Of a DNA stretch of 64,000 bases, positions 1 to 13,237 are shown piece by piece. Position 1 is the stretch's first letter, and each line of letters begins with the position of its first letter. The position numbers were made by a program, and so were the translations under genes. Below the pieces are notes generated by a model. The model had not been told where the DNA came from. It searched no databases and worked only from the letters and a program-made list of their open reading frames with translations. Origin of the DNA: Eledone cirrhosa (Eukaryota); NCBI GenBank assembly GCA_964016885.1, contig OZ024743.1, forward strand, positions 17,608,001 through 17,672,000. The letters run 5' to 3'.

Positions 1-470
1 GGGTGACCACATTTGGGAGCAGAGATCCAATGGCTTAGGATAAATGTCCTCCATAGTATAAACTTGGTCTCCCGGTATTTTGTACGGAATGTCCGCAAGA
101 TCCAGCCAGCGAGTCATCTGCACGTTATCGCCACACTCCTGAAGAACAAAATTCATCGACATTCATATATATCCTCAGTCCGCGTATCGCTTTAGACACG
201 GGCATTTTGATATTTCCTGGTCCGGTGTACATGTGTTGTATTGTCTTTGTATGTTGGTATTGAAGGTCTTGACACTTTAAGACATCCACACCTTGTTGTA
301 AAAGCGTAGCAGCAGCTTACATAATTTTAGGTGTCCTGCTGGGAATCCTCCAGGTCCAGCTGCTGAGTTACTTCTAAGTTCGTCTATGGCGGACACTACT
401 TCTTCCCTTATATCTATGGTCGATATTTCTTCATGGAGTGTTTTGGCACCAAATAAATCCCCATGTGCCT
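1..470 (-). mobile_element. Decayed CR1/L2-group LINE ORF2 fragment with RT core deleted
   Basis: Minus-strand translation gives [23 protein letters not shown] (pre-RT 'S/APGPDG' block) joined to a post-RT segment LAGWILRTFRTKYRETKFILWRTFILSH, typical of CR1-like ORF2 C-termini. Confidence 0.55.
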
Positions 471-476
471 CAATGT

Positions 477-567
477 ACATATGTATATATGTATATATGT
501 ATATATATATGTGTATATATATATGTGTATATATGTATATATATATATGTGTATATATATATATATA

Positions 568-649
<82 letters not shown>

Positions 650-667
650 TATATATATAAATATGTA

Positions 668-721
<54 letters not shown>

Positions 722-740
722 TACATATTTATATATATGC

Positions 741-818
<78 letters not shown>
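477..818. repeat. (TA)n microsatellite, interrupted
   Basis: Direct reading; it is the source of the YIYI ORFs. Confidence 0.98.
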
Positions 819-819
<1 letters not shown>

Positions 820-822
<3 letters not shown>

Positions 823-1585
823 TTTACGTATCGAGAAAGAGAAAAAAAGAAGGGATAGGTGATACATATAGTTATTTGCCAAGTAGCGTATGCCAAAGGT
901 GCTCGATACTAGTGCCGGCAGTATTAAATATTCGAAGTGTTAATATTTAGTGGGCTAGAGAGTTAGCAGAGCGTAAGCATGTGGGAAAGTAACAAATAGG
1001 AGAATAGACAGTTAAAACATGTTTATTTAAAATATCACCTACGTACGTTTCGCCCAGTTGGGCTTCTCAAGGGCATAACTAATCACAAGTGTTCCTTATA
1101 TTGCTCGGAAAGAGGTTTTGGGGTTAAATCCACATCAGGGTTCATTGCTCGCAAAAATATCTTGTTTTGATCTTGCAGCAGGTCAAGGGAGGTAACTCTG
1201 GCCGGTGTTAGGGCAGTCTTTCCCGGACAATTTTTTTTTTTTTTTTTGCTGCATCCGTTTGTCTGAGGCTGGGTCTGGTATGCAAGGATTGTTTCCTGGG
1301 TGTTATTCTGCAGCGCCTGCCCGCCAGGGTGTTAAGACTCGTTGCAGGGAGATCCAGTGTACTATTTCACTCTTCATCCTTAACCCATCTGAAGAAGGAT
1401 ATTTTTAAGCGATGTGTACAACTTATCGCTGTTTCAGCTCTGCTGTTGATGAGCTCGTGGGGTGCAGTTATGATGTGGTAGAGTTCCATGAGGCAAAGAT
1501 CGCATTTCCTCTTGAAGTTGTACGGTGCAGCCCTGCCGACAATCTCCCAGTGCGTGGAGAAGCTGATGTTTAAGTCCTTTAGTGA
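820..1585 (-). mobile_element. 3' fragment of a Penelope-like element (GIY-YIG C-terminus plus 3' non-coding region with HHR)
   Basis: 1583->1400 (-) translates LKDLNISFSTHWEIVGRAAPYNFKRKCDLCLMELYHI...LINSRAE...CTH, matching the PLE GIY-YIG tail. Both ends are bounded by TA repeats. Confidence 0.75.
1034..1077 (-). ncRNA. Minimal type I hammerhead ribozyme, U3:A8 variant
   Basis: Minus strand: ccc-TTGAGAA-GCCCA ac TGGGC-GAAA-CGTACG-TA-gg. Stem III is the palindrome ACGTACGT; GUA cleavage triplet; stem I is weak. Confidence 0.7.
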
Positions 1586-1973
1586 TATATATAGTAATAA
1601 TAATAAATTTGAAGACTAAAATCCAAAGAGGGCTCGATTAGGATAAATATATATCAAATATATAAGAACCGTAGTGCAAAAATTAGTCTACGACTTCTTT
1701 TATACCATAAACGTGGTTCTGTCTTTGCGTGTAATTGTTTTTCACCGCTCCTATTAATGACGTATCTTATTCGTTTTTTCCCGTTCTTTGCCAGGCAACG
1801 TATCCACGAACCAAAGTATCGTCTTCCTGTCTTCCTCCGGTTGCAACGTTTTTTGAAATATCCACTTCAGCGTTTACAGCTTGACTTTGTTAGTTTCAGA
1901 AGATGCCGTTAAGGGTGAAAGCAGCGATTCTTTGCTTAAACTTTAATCTGTTATTTTAATATATATATATATA

Positions 1974-3625
1974 TCTTATATATAAAGTGAAGATTGGCAT
2001 TGTTTGGTGTTCCCAACTTGCATGCTGCACCGTTCATCCAATTTTCATGAAACCTCACACATATATAAAACTCAACGCGTAGAGTGGAATAGGATACTTG
2101 AAAATTTCCAAAAATCGATGAAACTCGACGCAAGTGTGTATTTTGATTCAGGGATAAACGTGCGCTACATTAAATTTTCGAAAAATCGATAATTAGATCA
2201 CCAGAGGCAAAACTCGATATTTACGAAATTTGTCCGATTCCAATGAAATTTGACGTAGGTATGTATTTTGATGCGGGGATTAACGTGGGATACTTGAAAT
2301 TGTAAAAAGAAAATCGATAATCGGATCCCCAGAGGCAAAAATCTGACAACCGAAAAACGCCATTCTTCTTGCTTACATTTGTCGCGACTCCCGCCATGCA
2401 AAACATGTTCAATCTATCAGGATTATCACCATGCCGTATCCATACTCTGTCAGCCACCATGCCCTCCCTTTCCCTCTCCCTTACCCGCACGACTTGGTCC
2501 TTCACGAGTGCCATGGTTCACCATGCGGAATCCCTGCAACCGTCAATCCCGGCCATCTCCCTTCCCTGCACGCCGTCGTCCCACTGCATCGTCATGCATC
2601 ACCATGCCGCATCAATAAAATGTCAGCCGCCATCCCATCCTTGGCCCTTTCTTTTTCCTTCCCGCAGTGCTCCTTCAAGACTGCCATGGCTCACCATGCG
2701 GCCTCCTTGCCACCGTCCACCCATGCCCTCTTCCTTGCCTGCTGGCCGTCGCCCCACTACACCTTCATGCCTCAGGAAGCCGCCTCCATGCACTGTCAGC
2801 CGCCATCCCCTCCTCGGCCCTTTCTTTTGCCTGAGCGCCGTGCTCCTTCAAGACTCCCATGGCTATCTATGCCGCATCAATTCCTTGCCACCCGCTTAAA
2901 CGTCATCAGTATGGCTTATTGTTGCCTCATTTGATAACCGATTTTCGCAGGCTAAACACAATACCAACGTGCACGATAGTCCATGGTAAATCTTTTTAAT
3001 TACATGTTCTTGAGGCTGTTGCAAAGGGCAATAACCCTAGACGCAATTTTGATCAACTTTTTTTCACATATAGCAAATTTACCGGGACAGGTCTTTAGCT
3101 ACTCAAATCTACTTCAGAGGTCACGCATTCATGTAAAAAAATCAATAAAACTAAAGCGGGTTTCGACTTTGCGCGAAAAATAAGGCAAAGTTGCAGATGG
3201 GATAATTTTTTACAGGAACGTCCGATTTTCGTGAAAACTGTCGCAAATGATTCGTCCATTATGCCGCGATTCAGATAAAGACCCTTTTATTTCTTCTTCT
3301 GCACATGTGAGCGCCAAAATTGTAATCAAAAAAAAAATTGAAAAAATCAACATTTTCACCCTGCTTTAAAAATCAACTGAAAATTCAATTTCAAGTGAAT
3401 TTGACTTCCGTCAGTCTTGCAAAGAACAATTTCAACGAGACACTCTGAACCTACAATTGATCCATTATTTATGCTCAAATACACACCTGCGTATACTAAC
3501 CTCTGTTTTTTTCCTTGAGGTTCTAAGGTTTTTGCACCTGTGATGCGCGGGAAGTAACTTTCATAGATTTTAACAACACACCTAAGGTCGACTTACACCA
3601 GGGCAACGCTGGGTACATCTGCTAG
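1974..3625 (+). mobile_element. Non-autonomous Helitron-like element
   Basis: Starts a|TCTTATATATAAAG and ends with a GC hairpin CCAGGGCAACGCTGG (3598-3612), then CTAG|t. Inserted between A and T of a (TA)n tract with no TSD. Has an internal ~120-bp imperfect repeat (2090-2345) and a GC-rich CCATG-rich tract (2370-2930). Confidence 0.7.
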
Positions 3626-3834
3626 TATATATATATATATATTAGGTATAGGATTATCCTGGATGCCGTAATGGTTAATTACTTCACTGAATAGAGTTGA
3701 CGTACGGTGAGAGGTTACTCAACGAGTTATGGAAGAATTGTAGAAGAAACTTAGTTCCTGATCCTTCTGTATTCCGGAGTGAAGATAAAGAATGAATAAT
3801 AACAGGTAGACATCATAAAAAGTTATTTATTCTG

Positions 3835-3950
3835 TCTGCTTACAAATGTTTCTACAGTGGTTATACAGCCTAGTTATGCTATGTGCAAATTTATAACTAT
3901 TTGCAAAACTCAATTATCAAATGCTGTGACCACTGTATCATCAAAGCAGA
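3835..3950 (-). ncRNA. Type I hammerhead ribozyme with extended stem II
   Basis: Minus strand: TCTGCT-TTGATGA-TACAGTGGT...(~65 nt)...ACCACTGTA-GAAA-CATTTG-TA-AGCAGA. 6-bp stem I, 9-bp stem II, C3 changed to U. Confidence 0.75.
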
Positions 3951-4034
3951 ATGGTTAAAATGTACAATGTAAATACCCTGTAAATACCAATGTAAATATT
4001 GGGGAAGATAAAGTAGAAAAGGAAGAGAACAAAG

Positions 4035-4074
<40 letters not shown>

Positions 4075-4195
4075 GGGTTGGAGAAATGGGAGAGAGTGGT
4101 TTGAGATATCTTAATCAAAATGTTGTGGTAGGGGTTTTATTATACTGGTTACCCTTAAAGCGACCACCTTAAGCTATGCGTTGATAGTCAAGGTT

Positions 4196-4823
4196 GGGAT
4201 TGTTTACATACACACCGAGCATTATAATACATATTCGGTGAATCCATAGGTTCATATATATATGTGTGCATGTATGTATAAATATATGCATACTACTGTA
4301 CGTCTGTATACATATATGTATGTACGTATACATACTTATATTTAAGTAACAGCCGTACTTAGAGTCAGAAATGAAATTTCGTTTCATTTTTTTCCGTTTA
4401 TTATTTTCGGTGCGCCCGGTCGATTAACTCACTCGATATGCAAATTAGACTGCTAAGCCGTTAATATTTGTAAGGAAAGTATATATTTCAGACGTTCTGG
4501 CAGGAAGATATACTTTGCTGACGATAGCTAATAAGCTTGAAACTAGTACATCGCTCCTTTGTCAGTGTTGAACAAATGAGCAACGATGGTTGCTAGACAC
4601 TGTACGGCTTAATTCGGGATGTTTGTTTACAAACACACCGAGCATTATAATAAATGTTCGGTGAATCCATACTTACATATATATATATCTGTGCATGTAT
4701 GTATATATATATATACTACTGTACGTCTGTATACATATATGTATGTACGGATACATACTTATATTTAAGTAACAGCCGCACTAAGAGTGAGAAATGAAAT
4801 TTGGTTTCATTTTTTCCGTTTAT
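4196..4823 (+). mobile_element. ~423-bp unit in partial tandem (1.5 copies) carrying an HHR
   Basis: CACACCGAGCATTATAATA...TTTTTTCCGTTTAT occurs at 4211 and 4634; HHR at 4516-4550. Confidence 0.75.
4516..4550 (+). ncRNA. Minimal type I hammerhead ribozyme
   Basis: tg-CTGACGA-tAGCT aata AGCTt-GAAA-CTAG-TA-ca. Stem III palindrome ACTAGT; stem I only 2 bp. Confidence 0.65.
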
Positions 4824-4825
4824 AT

Positions 4826-5106
4826 TGGAAGGCCACTGATGAAGGACAAACTTTTTCATATGTAACCCATTTGCAACGCCGCAGCTCCATTATTATCATA
4901 TTTACACATATATCTTTTCCTCCGCTGCTACCCGTCTGTTTTGTTCTTTGTATCTTTACCCTTTCTAGCAGTCTCTCTCTCTCTGTTAGCCTCTTCCTCA
5001 CCTTTCATTCACTCATTCTCTGTCACTACCTCTCCTCCTCCCTTTCTTCCCGTTTGACCTGTCCGTAATCCTTTTCTCGCTCGTACTTGGCCAAGCCGGT
5101 ATTAAT

Positions 5107-5184
<78 letters not shown>

Positions 5185-6208
5185 GCGACTTCACAGAACT
5201 TATTTTTACCGAATTCGCAGACCAGACCCCTTCTTCCTCCCGTTAGACCTGTGCGAAATTCCTTCCTTGCTCACATTTCAACCAGGTTTGATGGTCTTTA
5301 TTCTCTCGTTAACGATTCCACCGAATATATATTCATAGAAATCTGGGACTTGTTTCTTTCTTCTTCATCACTTTCTGTTGCTTAAACCATTTGGTTTGTT
5401 TACCCTAGCGTCCCCTTTATTTACGTGTCCCAACGACTTTTTTTAGCCGTTGCTCGCACCAACCTGAGGTATATGGCCTTTAAAGCAACGACATGCCTAC
5501 GATGGTTGGAAGGCCACTGATGAAGGACAAACCATTTCATATGTAACCCATTTGCAACGCCGCAGCTCCATTATTATCATATTTACACATATATTTTTTC
5601 CTCCGCTGCTACCGTCTGTTTCGTTCTTTGTATCTTTACCCTTTCTAGCAGTCTCTCTCTCTCTGTAAGCCTCTTCCTCACCTTTCACTCACTCATTCTC
5701 TGTCACTACCTCTCCTCCTCCCCTTTCTTCCCGTCTGACCTGTCCGTAATCCTTTTCTCGCGCCCACTTGGCCAAGCCGGTATGAATTTTTTTCCTCTCT
5801 CTCTCGTCTGCGACTTCACAGAGCTTATGTTTACCGAATTCGCAGACCAGACCCCTTCTTCCTCCCGTTAGACCTGTGCGAAATTCCTTCCTTGCTCACA
5901 TTTCAACCAGGTTTGATGGTCTTTATTCTCTCGTTCACGATTCCACCGAATTTATATTCATAGAAATCTGGGACTTGTTTCTTTCTTCTTCATCACTTTC
6001 TGTTGCTTAAACCATTTTGTTTGTTTACCCTAGCGTCCCCTTTATTTACGTGTCCCAACGACTTTTTTTAGTCGTTACTCGCACCAACCTGAGGTATATG
6101 GCCTTTAAAGCGACGAAATGCCTACACCGGTTGGAAGGCCACTGATGAAGGACAAACTTTTTCATATGTAACCCACTTGCAACGCCACAGCTCCATTATT
6201 ATCATATT

Positions 6209-6210
<2 letters not shown>
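4826..6210 (+). mobile_element. ~625-bp non-coding unit in partial tandem (~2.1 copies), family B
   Basis: GGAAGGCCACTGATGAAGGAC recurs with CTGATGA at 4836, 5517 and 6142. The first unit is lengthened by (TC)n at 5110-5179. Ends in (TA)n. Confidence 0.9.
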
Positions 6211-6270
<60 letters not shown>

Positions 6271-7102
6271 CATATATATATATATTTATACATATATTCT
6301 TATATATATTTATATATATATATATTTTTTATGTATATATATACATATACATGTTTATATACATGGGAGCAAATTTTGGAACAGAATAGAAAGGATCCGG
6401 GATAAGGCCAATAAAACCAACTCATGGTGTGATAGCAATACATACCAAAGTGTAATTTTCATCAATACAACCCCTAGAGATGAAATAGCTTAGATATTTA
6501 GAAGGGCTCTAAACAAGCTCAAATGAAATATTAAGATTTTAAAAGACCAGGTATTCCCATAAATCCCCTTATTAGTAAACTAATGTATAGTCTGCAAGCT
6601 GAGCCCATAAACTAAATGCAAAACTACGAACGAAGCATAGAGCATCTGAGGAAATGAGGGACAGTGTAGGAATGAGAACATAACATAAATAGGTGAAACA
6701 GCCCGTTGCTTATGAGAAAGGATAAGTTGAACACTGGTGAGCTCTCCAGGATTAGAAATAATCTTCAGTACTACACCAACATGCGGAAATAGAGCATAGG
6801 GCATATTAGACAACAATGAGATAAAATGTATGTCAAAACGCAGAGAAAAGATGCAATGCCCAGCCAAATAACACAGTTGACAAACATAAACGAAATTAAA
6901 CAGAAACAATGTGTAATAGCCTCATCACAACTAGTAATTATGGACAAAATGAAGACATACAAAAACCAAACTAACAAAACAAAACAGACACACAGAGAGA
7001 ACAAACAAACAACTATTTACAAGTAAATAAACGTTTACATAAATAAATAAACACACACAAATGATGTAGTATAGAACAAAGGAACGTTACAAAATAAAAA
7101 AT

Positions 7103-7260
7103 CTAGTTACTGAGTAGGTCAAATAATGTGTAACGAATGAGTTTTGACAATATATAAACAAATATTTCGTTATCGAACCAACGTACTAACCGGAAATTTA
7201 TAATAAATTGAAGTAAATCTAGCATGTGCGTGTTCTTGTCGGCAGCACGACCATCCCAGA
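7103..7260 (+). mobile_element. Decayed copy of the HHR-bearing repeat at 37391-37570
   Basis: CTAGTTACTGAGTAGGTCAAATAATGTGTAACGAATGAGTTTTGACAATA...AACCGGAAATTTATAATAAATTGAAGT aligns to 37391-37535. Confidence 0.7.
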
Positions 7261-7273
7261 TTATACCAATATA

Positions 7274-7520
<247 letters not shown>

Positions 7521-7724
7521 CTAACGTTTTCCGCAGTTTTATCCTTAATCAAAGTTTCAATTTGCATTAGTATCACTTAAGAGTCTATGATTTGGTAAAT
7601 TCAGTTATTGAATATGAAACAGTTATTCATTGTTTTAACGATGACAATATATGCATTACATTTTTGAAAGGTTTATTCAAAGTCGTACGTAATGACGGAA
7701 CAGTAAATCCCTCCATTACATTAA

Positions 7725-7915
7725 GGGCGGTGGATTGGCAGTATCGGTAAGGGTCGGACGCCATGCTTTGAAGCATAGAGTTACCTCCCTTTATGATCTG
7801 AGTTCAAATCCCGCCGAGGTTAACTTTGCCTTTCATCCTTACGGGGTCGATAAAATAAAGTACCAGTAGTGCACTGGGATAATTGCTGGCCTTGTGCCAA
7901 AAGTAGAAACAATTA
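7725..7915 (+). mobile_element. tRNA-derived SINE (family S1)
   Basis: A-box-like TGGCAGTATCGG, B-box GAGTTCAAATCC, conserved core GCCTTTCATCCTTACGGGGTCGATAAAATAAAGTACCAG, tail GCTGGCCTTGTGCCAAAAGTAGAAACAATTATT. Five copies in the window. Confidence 0.85.
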
Positions 7916-8926
7916 TTTTAATTTTCTTCATATTGTGTTTTATTCCTCTTTAATATTTGATGCGATGTTTCTGCACGTATGATATCTTTAAAATCATCTA
8001 TTACTCGCCAGGAAATATCTTATTGTTTATATTCTGCAAATAACATGTCTTAGAAATAAAGTAGTGGATTGTAATGTTTCTATTTTAAATCTGCAATTCA
8101 TAATTATTATTTTAACTTCATATTTGTCATTATTGAAGCACAAACACCTGCACGCATTGTAATATATATTTGTCCCTGAATATCCCCAAATTCAATGCGA
8201 GCCTACACAAGCACACATACAGAACTGAGTTGATAAAATGTTAAATATAGAGAAAAGGAAATACACACGAAAACTTACACAGCGTATGTATGAACATTTT
8301 CTGTGAATAGAATCGATATTGTCATAAATGCATGGTGTGGTAAGGCCCAAACAAAGTACATCGTCTCTTCAAGTCGGAATCATGATACCAAATGAATGGA
8401 CCAACTGTTCAATAATCGGCTGGCGAAGCATATAGAGAACGAACTCATTTAAATTTATTCAGCGAGAGTATTTGAAAGTTCACCAAACACTTTCGTCAAA
8501 TAACATTCAAGCAGAGTAACAGCATCAACCACAGGCTCAACCTCAAGAGAAGCAACAACCACAGCAAAGGTAAGCAGAAAAAAAAAACACTGCAAAATTA
8601 AGCACAACAATAACAACCAAGGAAACATTATAAAATATATCAAAATCATTAAAAACAGCAACAACATTTACAGCAGGAGAATCCCTACTGCTGCTTCATA
8701 TGAGCACAACAGGCTTTTGTTTGAAAGCTCTTTCGATATTTACGTTTACCGCATTCTCAAAATACGTGAACAGCTCAAATTCATTATATACCTTACTAGA
8801 TAATACGTTACTTCTACCTTCTTTGATCACATTTCCAATCACTGAACGTTTCTCAATGTTTTCTCTCCACTATTTTCTGGTGCCATTTTTTTCTCGATTT
8901 TCCCTTCTCACCATCTTCCATATACT

Positions 8927-9040
8927 ATTATATTCCCTTCTTGTCGTGTTAACTACCTTCTACATTATATTCCCTTCTTGTCGTGTTAACTATCTTCTAC
9001 CTTATATAGCCTTTTTGTCGTGTTAACTACCTTCTACATT
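8927..9040. repeat. 37-bp minisatellite, 3 copies
   Basis: Unit ATTATATTCCCTTCTTGTCGTGTTAACTACCTTCTAC. Confidence 0.9.
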
Positions 9041-10764
9041 TTTCTGTTTACTTTTCTTCTCTGTGTTTCTGCCTCTTCTGTCCTGTACCTCACGCATTTT
9101 TTTTCATCCTTATATGCCTTCGAATATTTGCCCATACTTGAATTACATTCACGCCTCCATCATGACTGGTCTCAGTCTCCTCTTTCCGCAGCCCCATTTC
9201 ACACTAAAAGTTGCTCTCTCCTAACATTTCCAGCCTGTGCCTTTTAGTTGATATACGCAAATTTGCATCCCCAGGAAATGTTCTTCACGAAGCATTAGAT
9301 AGTTCTGTATTTCTAAGTCACTACCGATTGCATGAATATTATGATGAAAGATTTAAACATCTCGAAAAATCATGATCAGTCCGTCCTTCTTTTACTGACA
9401 AGCCTGTGACATGTTCAGAAAGAAAAATAGGGGAAAATATTTTTCTTAGGAACATGTATTTTGATAGAAAGGCTACCCATATATCTACTGCATATAACCA
9501 TATGCAATACCTTTTTATATTATGCTTAAATGCTGTTTTAGAACTATTATATATGTGTACTTATATGTAACTGCATAATATTTAATTGAATTGAACAGTT
9601 AGTACTGATTATGCCTTAATCGCCTGTCGCTTTTTCCAGTTTAATCTATATTTATTTTAATAAGCACGGTTTAGTATGTGTGGGTAAGGACATACATAAA
9701 TTTGTTGATTCATATATCAGAAGAATTTCAAAGGTTTTACCCAAACACATCTCTTAAATTTTAATTGTTAATTACGTGATTCATAAATGAGAATGCGCTT
9801 AAAATAAATTGAAGTGAAAACAATCCGTGCAATGAGCAATATCGTTATTTATTAAGGGGCAATGTTTCGACATATGAGATTCTAACGTAAAATATAAATT
9901 GCTAAAATCAAAGAGATAATGTTTTATTAATATGATTATAAACTTTACTTTAAAAGAAATATGGTCTCTGATCGACATATGTTGTGATATTCAATCTTTC
10001 TCAAAACATTTATTATGATTATAGATTTGTTATTAGTTCCCGTAATTTTAATCTAATTTTTAGTTATAATCTCAATGGATATATGCCTTTCAAAAAGGAA
10101 AAGGCGATTCCGAACCTATATTTTGTTTTACATTAATGTGTATGTGTATCTCTGAGTATATATGTATGTGTGTGTGTGTGTGTATGTGTGTGTGGGTGTG
10201 TATGTGTTTGTATTAGTGATATTTTGAGATCTAGGGCGTATGAATGTGTATTATTTAAAATATCTTTGAATATATGACAAATTACTGATCAATAGAGACT
10301 GAACGTAAAAATAGTGGCATTAAATCGCATTTAAAAGTAAGTACTTTTATCATTGTGTTTGTTATTGTTGTCTATTTTTGATACATTTCGGTCTTTTTTG
10401 TTCTATCATCTACTAATGCTTATATTATTTGAGTGTAAACTAGACATTTGTAATCAATGAATGTCTTTTGCCAAACCATATTTCTATTGATAAATAGCGA
10501 TTTAATCTTTTAGGTGAACGTAACACATACGAGCAAGCAGAAAAATGTACTTTATGAAAATGTTGCCAGAGATAACATTTATCATGTTGTTTTGTCATGT
10601 TATCCATACTTCTTTAATCCAGTCATTATTTCTGAGATAATAATCACATAATTCATACTTCGCGATAGAAATGTTTACTGAATGTGTGAGAAGCCAAACA
10701 CAAACGAACTTTCGAAGGAAATCATATGTAAATACGTAAGGAAAGACGATGGCAGGTACACAAA

Positions 10765-10812
<48 letters not shown>

Positions 10813-10881
10813 TATGAAGAGAGAAGAAACATTTAGATATAATTAGTAATAAAATGTATCATACCTAAACTGCCCCTAAAT

Positions 10882-10969
10882 TCCTCGACTACGTAGTTTC
10901 GTGGCATAAACAAAAACAATATATCAAAGATATAGAGTCCTTGCGAGGTCTGCCGACTTATCAAGAGGA
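10882..10969 (-). ncRNA. Type I hammerhead ribozyme, U3:A8 variant, branched loop II
   Basis: Minus strand: TCCTC-TTGATAA-GTcGGCA...TGCCAC-GAAA-CTACGTAG-TC-GAGGA; GUC cleavage site. Confidence 0.85.
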
Positions 10970-11472
10970 TACCTCATTTTACTAGTCTCAAGAACGCGTC
11001 TACACGACGTGAGAAAGAATCCCAAAAGGCGGAGGGGGAGATAGTCACGCGATATAACGGTCGAGAAACAGAGCTAAGCCTCTTATAACCACGAAGAAAA
11101 TACCACGGAGGCGGAGGGGGTATTCATATCGAGGCCGTAGAAGAGGTAGTGAAGAAGGCGAGAAGTATGAGTAATGGAAGCTTTCCAGTTGTCCCCACAC
11201 TTCAAAGATTGCTCGACCAGAGGGAGTTATTAATATATTTAGAAACACACAGATACATGCGGACACACACATATATACATGAATGCATCCGCACCCAACT
11301 GTGAGTTAAGGGTGCCAACTTCACCGATGTTGCTCAATGAATGACTGGGACAGACCAATTCAGTTTGAACCAGACTGAACCAGTATCAGAGTTAAAAATA
11401 CATTATGAAGAGAGAAGAAACATTTAGATATAATTAGTAATAAAATGTATCATACCTAAACTGCCCCTAAAT

Positions 11473-11560
11473 TCCTCGACTACGTAGTTTCGTGGCATAA
11501 ACAAAAACAATATATCAAAGATATAGAGTCCTTGCGAGGTCTGCCGACTTATCAAGAGGA
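11473..11560 (-). ncRNA. Type I hammerhead ribozyme, second copy in family A locus 1
   Basis: Same sequence as 10882-10969, 591 nt away. Confidence 0.85.
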
Positions 11561-11712
11561 TACCTCATTTTACTAGTCTCAAGAACGCGTCTACACGACG
11601 TGAGAAAGAATCCCAAAAGGCGGAGGGGGAGATAGTCACGCGATATAACGGTCGAGAAACAGAGCTAAGCCTCTTATAACCACGAAGAAAATACCACGGA
11701 GGCGGAGGGGGT

Positions 11713-11937
<225 letters not shown>

Positions 11938-12048
11938 AATAAGAGGAATTCTAACTTTATCTGATTTACTCGTTTTATTTACAATCCTTTAAAATATATA
12001 TAATGGTATTATAATGAAATAGTATGATAGAATATTAAATTCTAAGTG

Positions 12049-13237
12049 TTAATTGAACGATTTATTCTTTACTAGTGATTCATCACTCTCATTATTTTTA
12101 TCAGCGAAGAATTCCACAAGACGTAATTTTCGACAGAATTCTTGGGTATCCTCCTTCAGTTCTTGGTGGTTGACTGTTGGAGTCGGTGTGAATTTCAGTC
12201 CTTTTGACAGAATTTGCATTTCATCATTGTCAAGATCTCTTTTAGATAAATTAATTATTTTAGGATCTACGTGTACAGCTGTTTTGGGTATGTTTCCTCC
12301 TGGAGTTTTTCTTTTTCCGGTTTTTGATGTCCTGACGTTAAAAAATGAATTTTTTCTCTGTTCAGGATTTATATTCCTGTTGGTGTTCGCTTGATGAACT
12401 TTTGGTCGTGATATTATATCTGGTTTCGTTATGTATTTTGTCCTATTTTTGGTATTCTGTATATTATTTTTCTTCCTGTTAGCATTATTTTTAACAATCT
12501 GGGAAAATGACCTAGGTTTGCTTTCAGGTTTAGATCGTTTTTTCGTCCAGTTTCTTGTGGGCAATCTCTTTTGAGATCTTGAGAGTGATCTGGTTATTCT
12601 ACGTTTTGTTTCCACATTCCTTGTTGGTAGTCTCTGTTGAGATCTTGAGAATGATCTCCTGGTTTTACTACTTCTCATGGTCTGGTCAAAGGAATACCTA
12701 TCGTGTTTGTGCTTTTTGTTCATGTTGTGTGCGATAGGGTGTTTTTGTAGACAAAGCGAAGAGTTATTACCGTAGTTCTTCTTTGATTCAAGGTAAGGTG
12801 AGTGTTTGTGTTGGCACGTGTTCTGGCGTATGTTGTGTTGATGAGATTGTCCACTTTTAATGCTTTTTCTCAGGGTTCCAGAGTCTTTACCGTAATTTGC
12901 AGCATATTCCTCGAGAAATAATTGTTTCTGCTGCCATACCTTTCTTCATTTGTTTTCTTCTTTTGAGATATCTCCGATCCATAATTCTCGTAGTTTTTCA
13001 GCTATAATACTAGTCGTTAGCTTTGAAATTTCAACTTCAATTTGGTCATCAATAGCTTCATATTTGGCTTTGTAGCGGGATTGTTTACATTCAGAAATGG
13101 AGATGTCGGTCCTGAATTTTGTCAATGTAAGTTCCCATCGGAGTTTTGTTTCTTCTTCTGGTTCTCCTGAGAAAAAGCATTAAAAGTGGACAATCTCATC
13201 AACACAACATACGCCAGAACACGTGCCAACACAAACA
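12049..13237 (-). mobile_element. 5' ORF fragment of a Penelope-like element with a terminal 72-bp inversion
   Basis: ORF 12049-12723 contains IINLSKRDLDNDEMQILSKGLKFTPTP...FCRKLRLVEFF, the conserved PLE N-terminal 'NLS...L.KGL.F.P' motif. 12803-12874 is the exact reverse complement of 13166-13237. Confidence 0.8.

Larger units (their letters stand above)
10809..11712 (-). mobile_element. 591-bp non-coding unit in partial tandem (1.5 copies) with two HHRs, family A; retrozyme-like or non-autonomous PLE
   Basis: ACATTATGAAGAGAGAAGAAAC at 10809 and 11400; copies essentially identical; (TA)n on both sides. Confidence 0.9.

Noticed and set aside
1890-1935. HHR-like CAGAAGA...GAAAGC
   Set aside because: Core mutated in both copies and stems I/III do not pair; at most a relic.
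2369-2934. Three overlapping Pro/Ser/His-rich ORFs
   Set aside because: Stop-poor GC-rich repeat inside a Helitron-like element; no protein motif or splice evidence.
6641-6710. AGCAT-CTGAGGA...GAAACAGCCCGTTGCT HHR-like motif
   Set aside because: Stem II and stem III do not form convincingly.
8927-9040. CRISPR-like 37-bp periodicity
   Set aside because: Head-to-tail repeat with no unique spacers, in a eukaryotic context.
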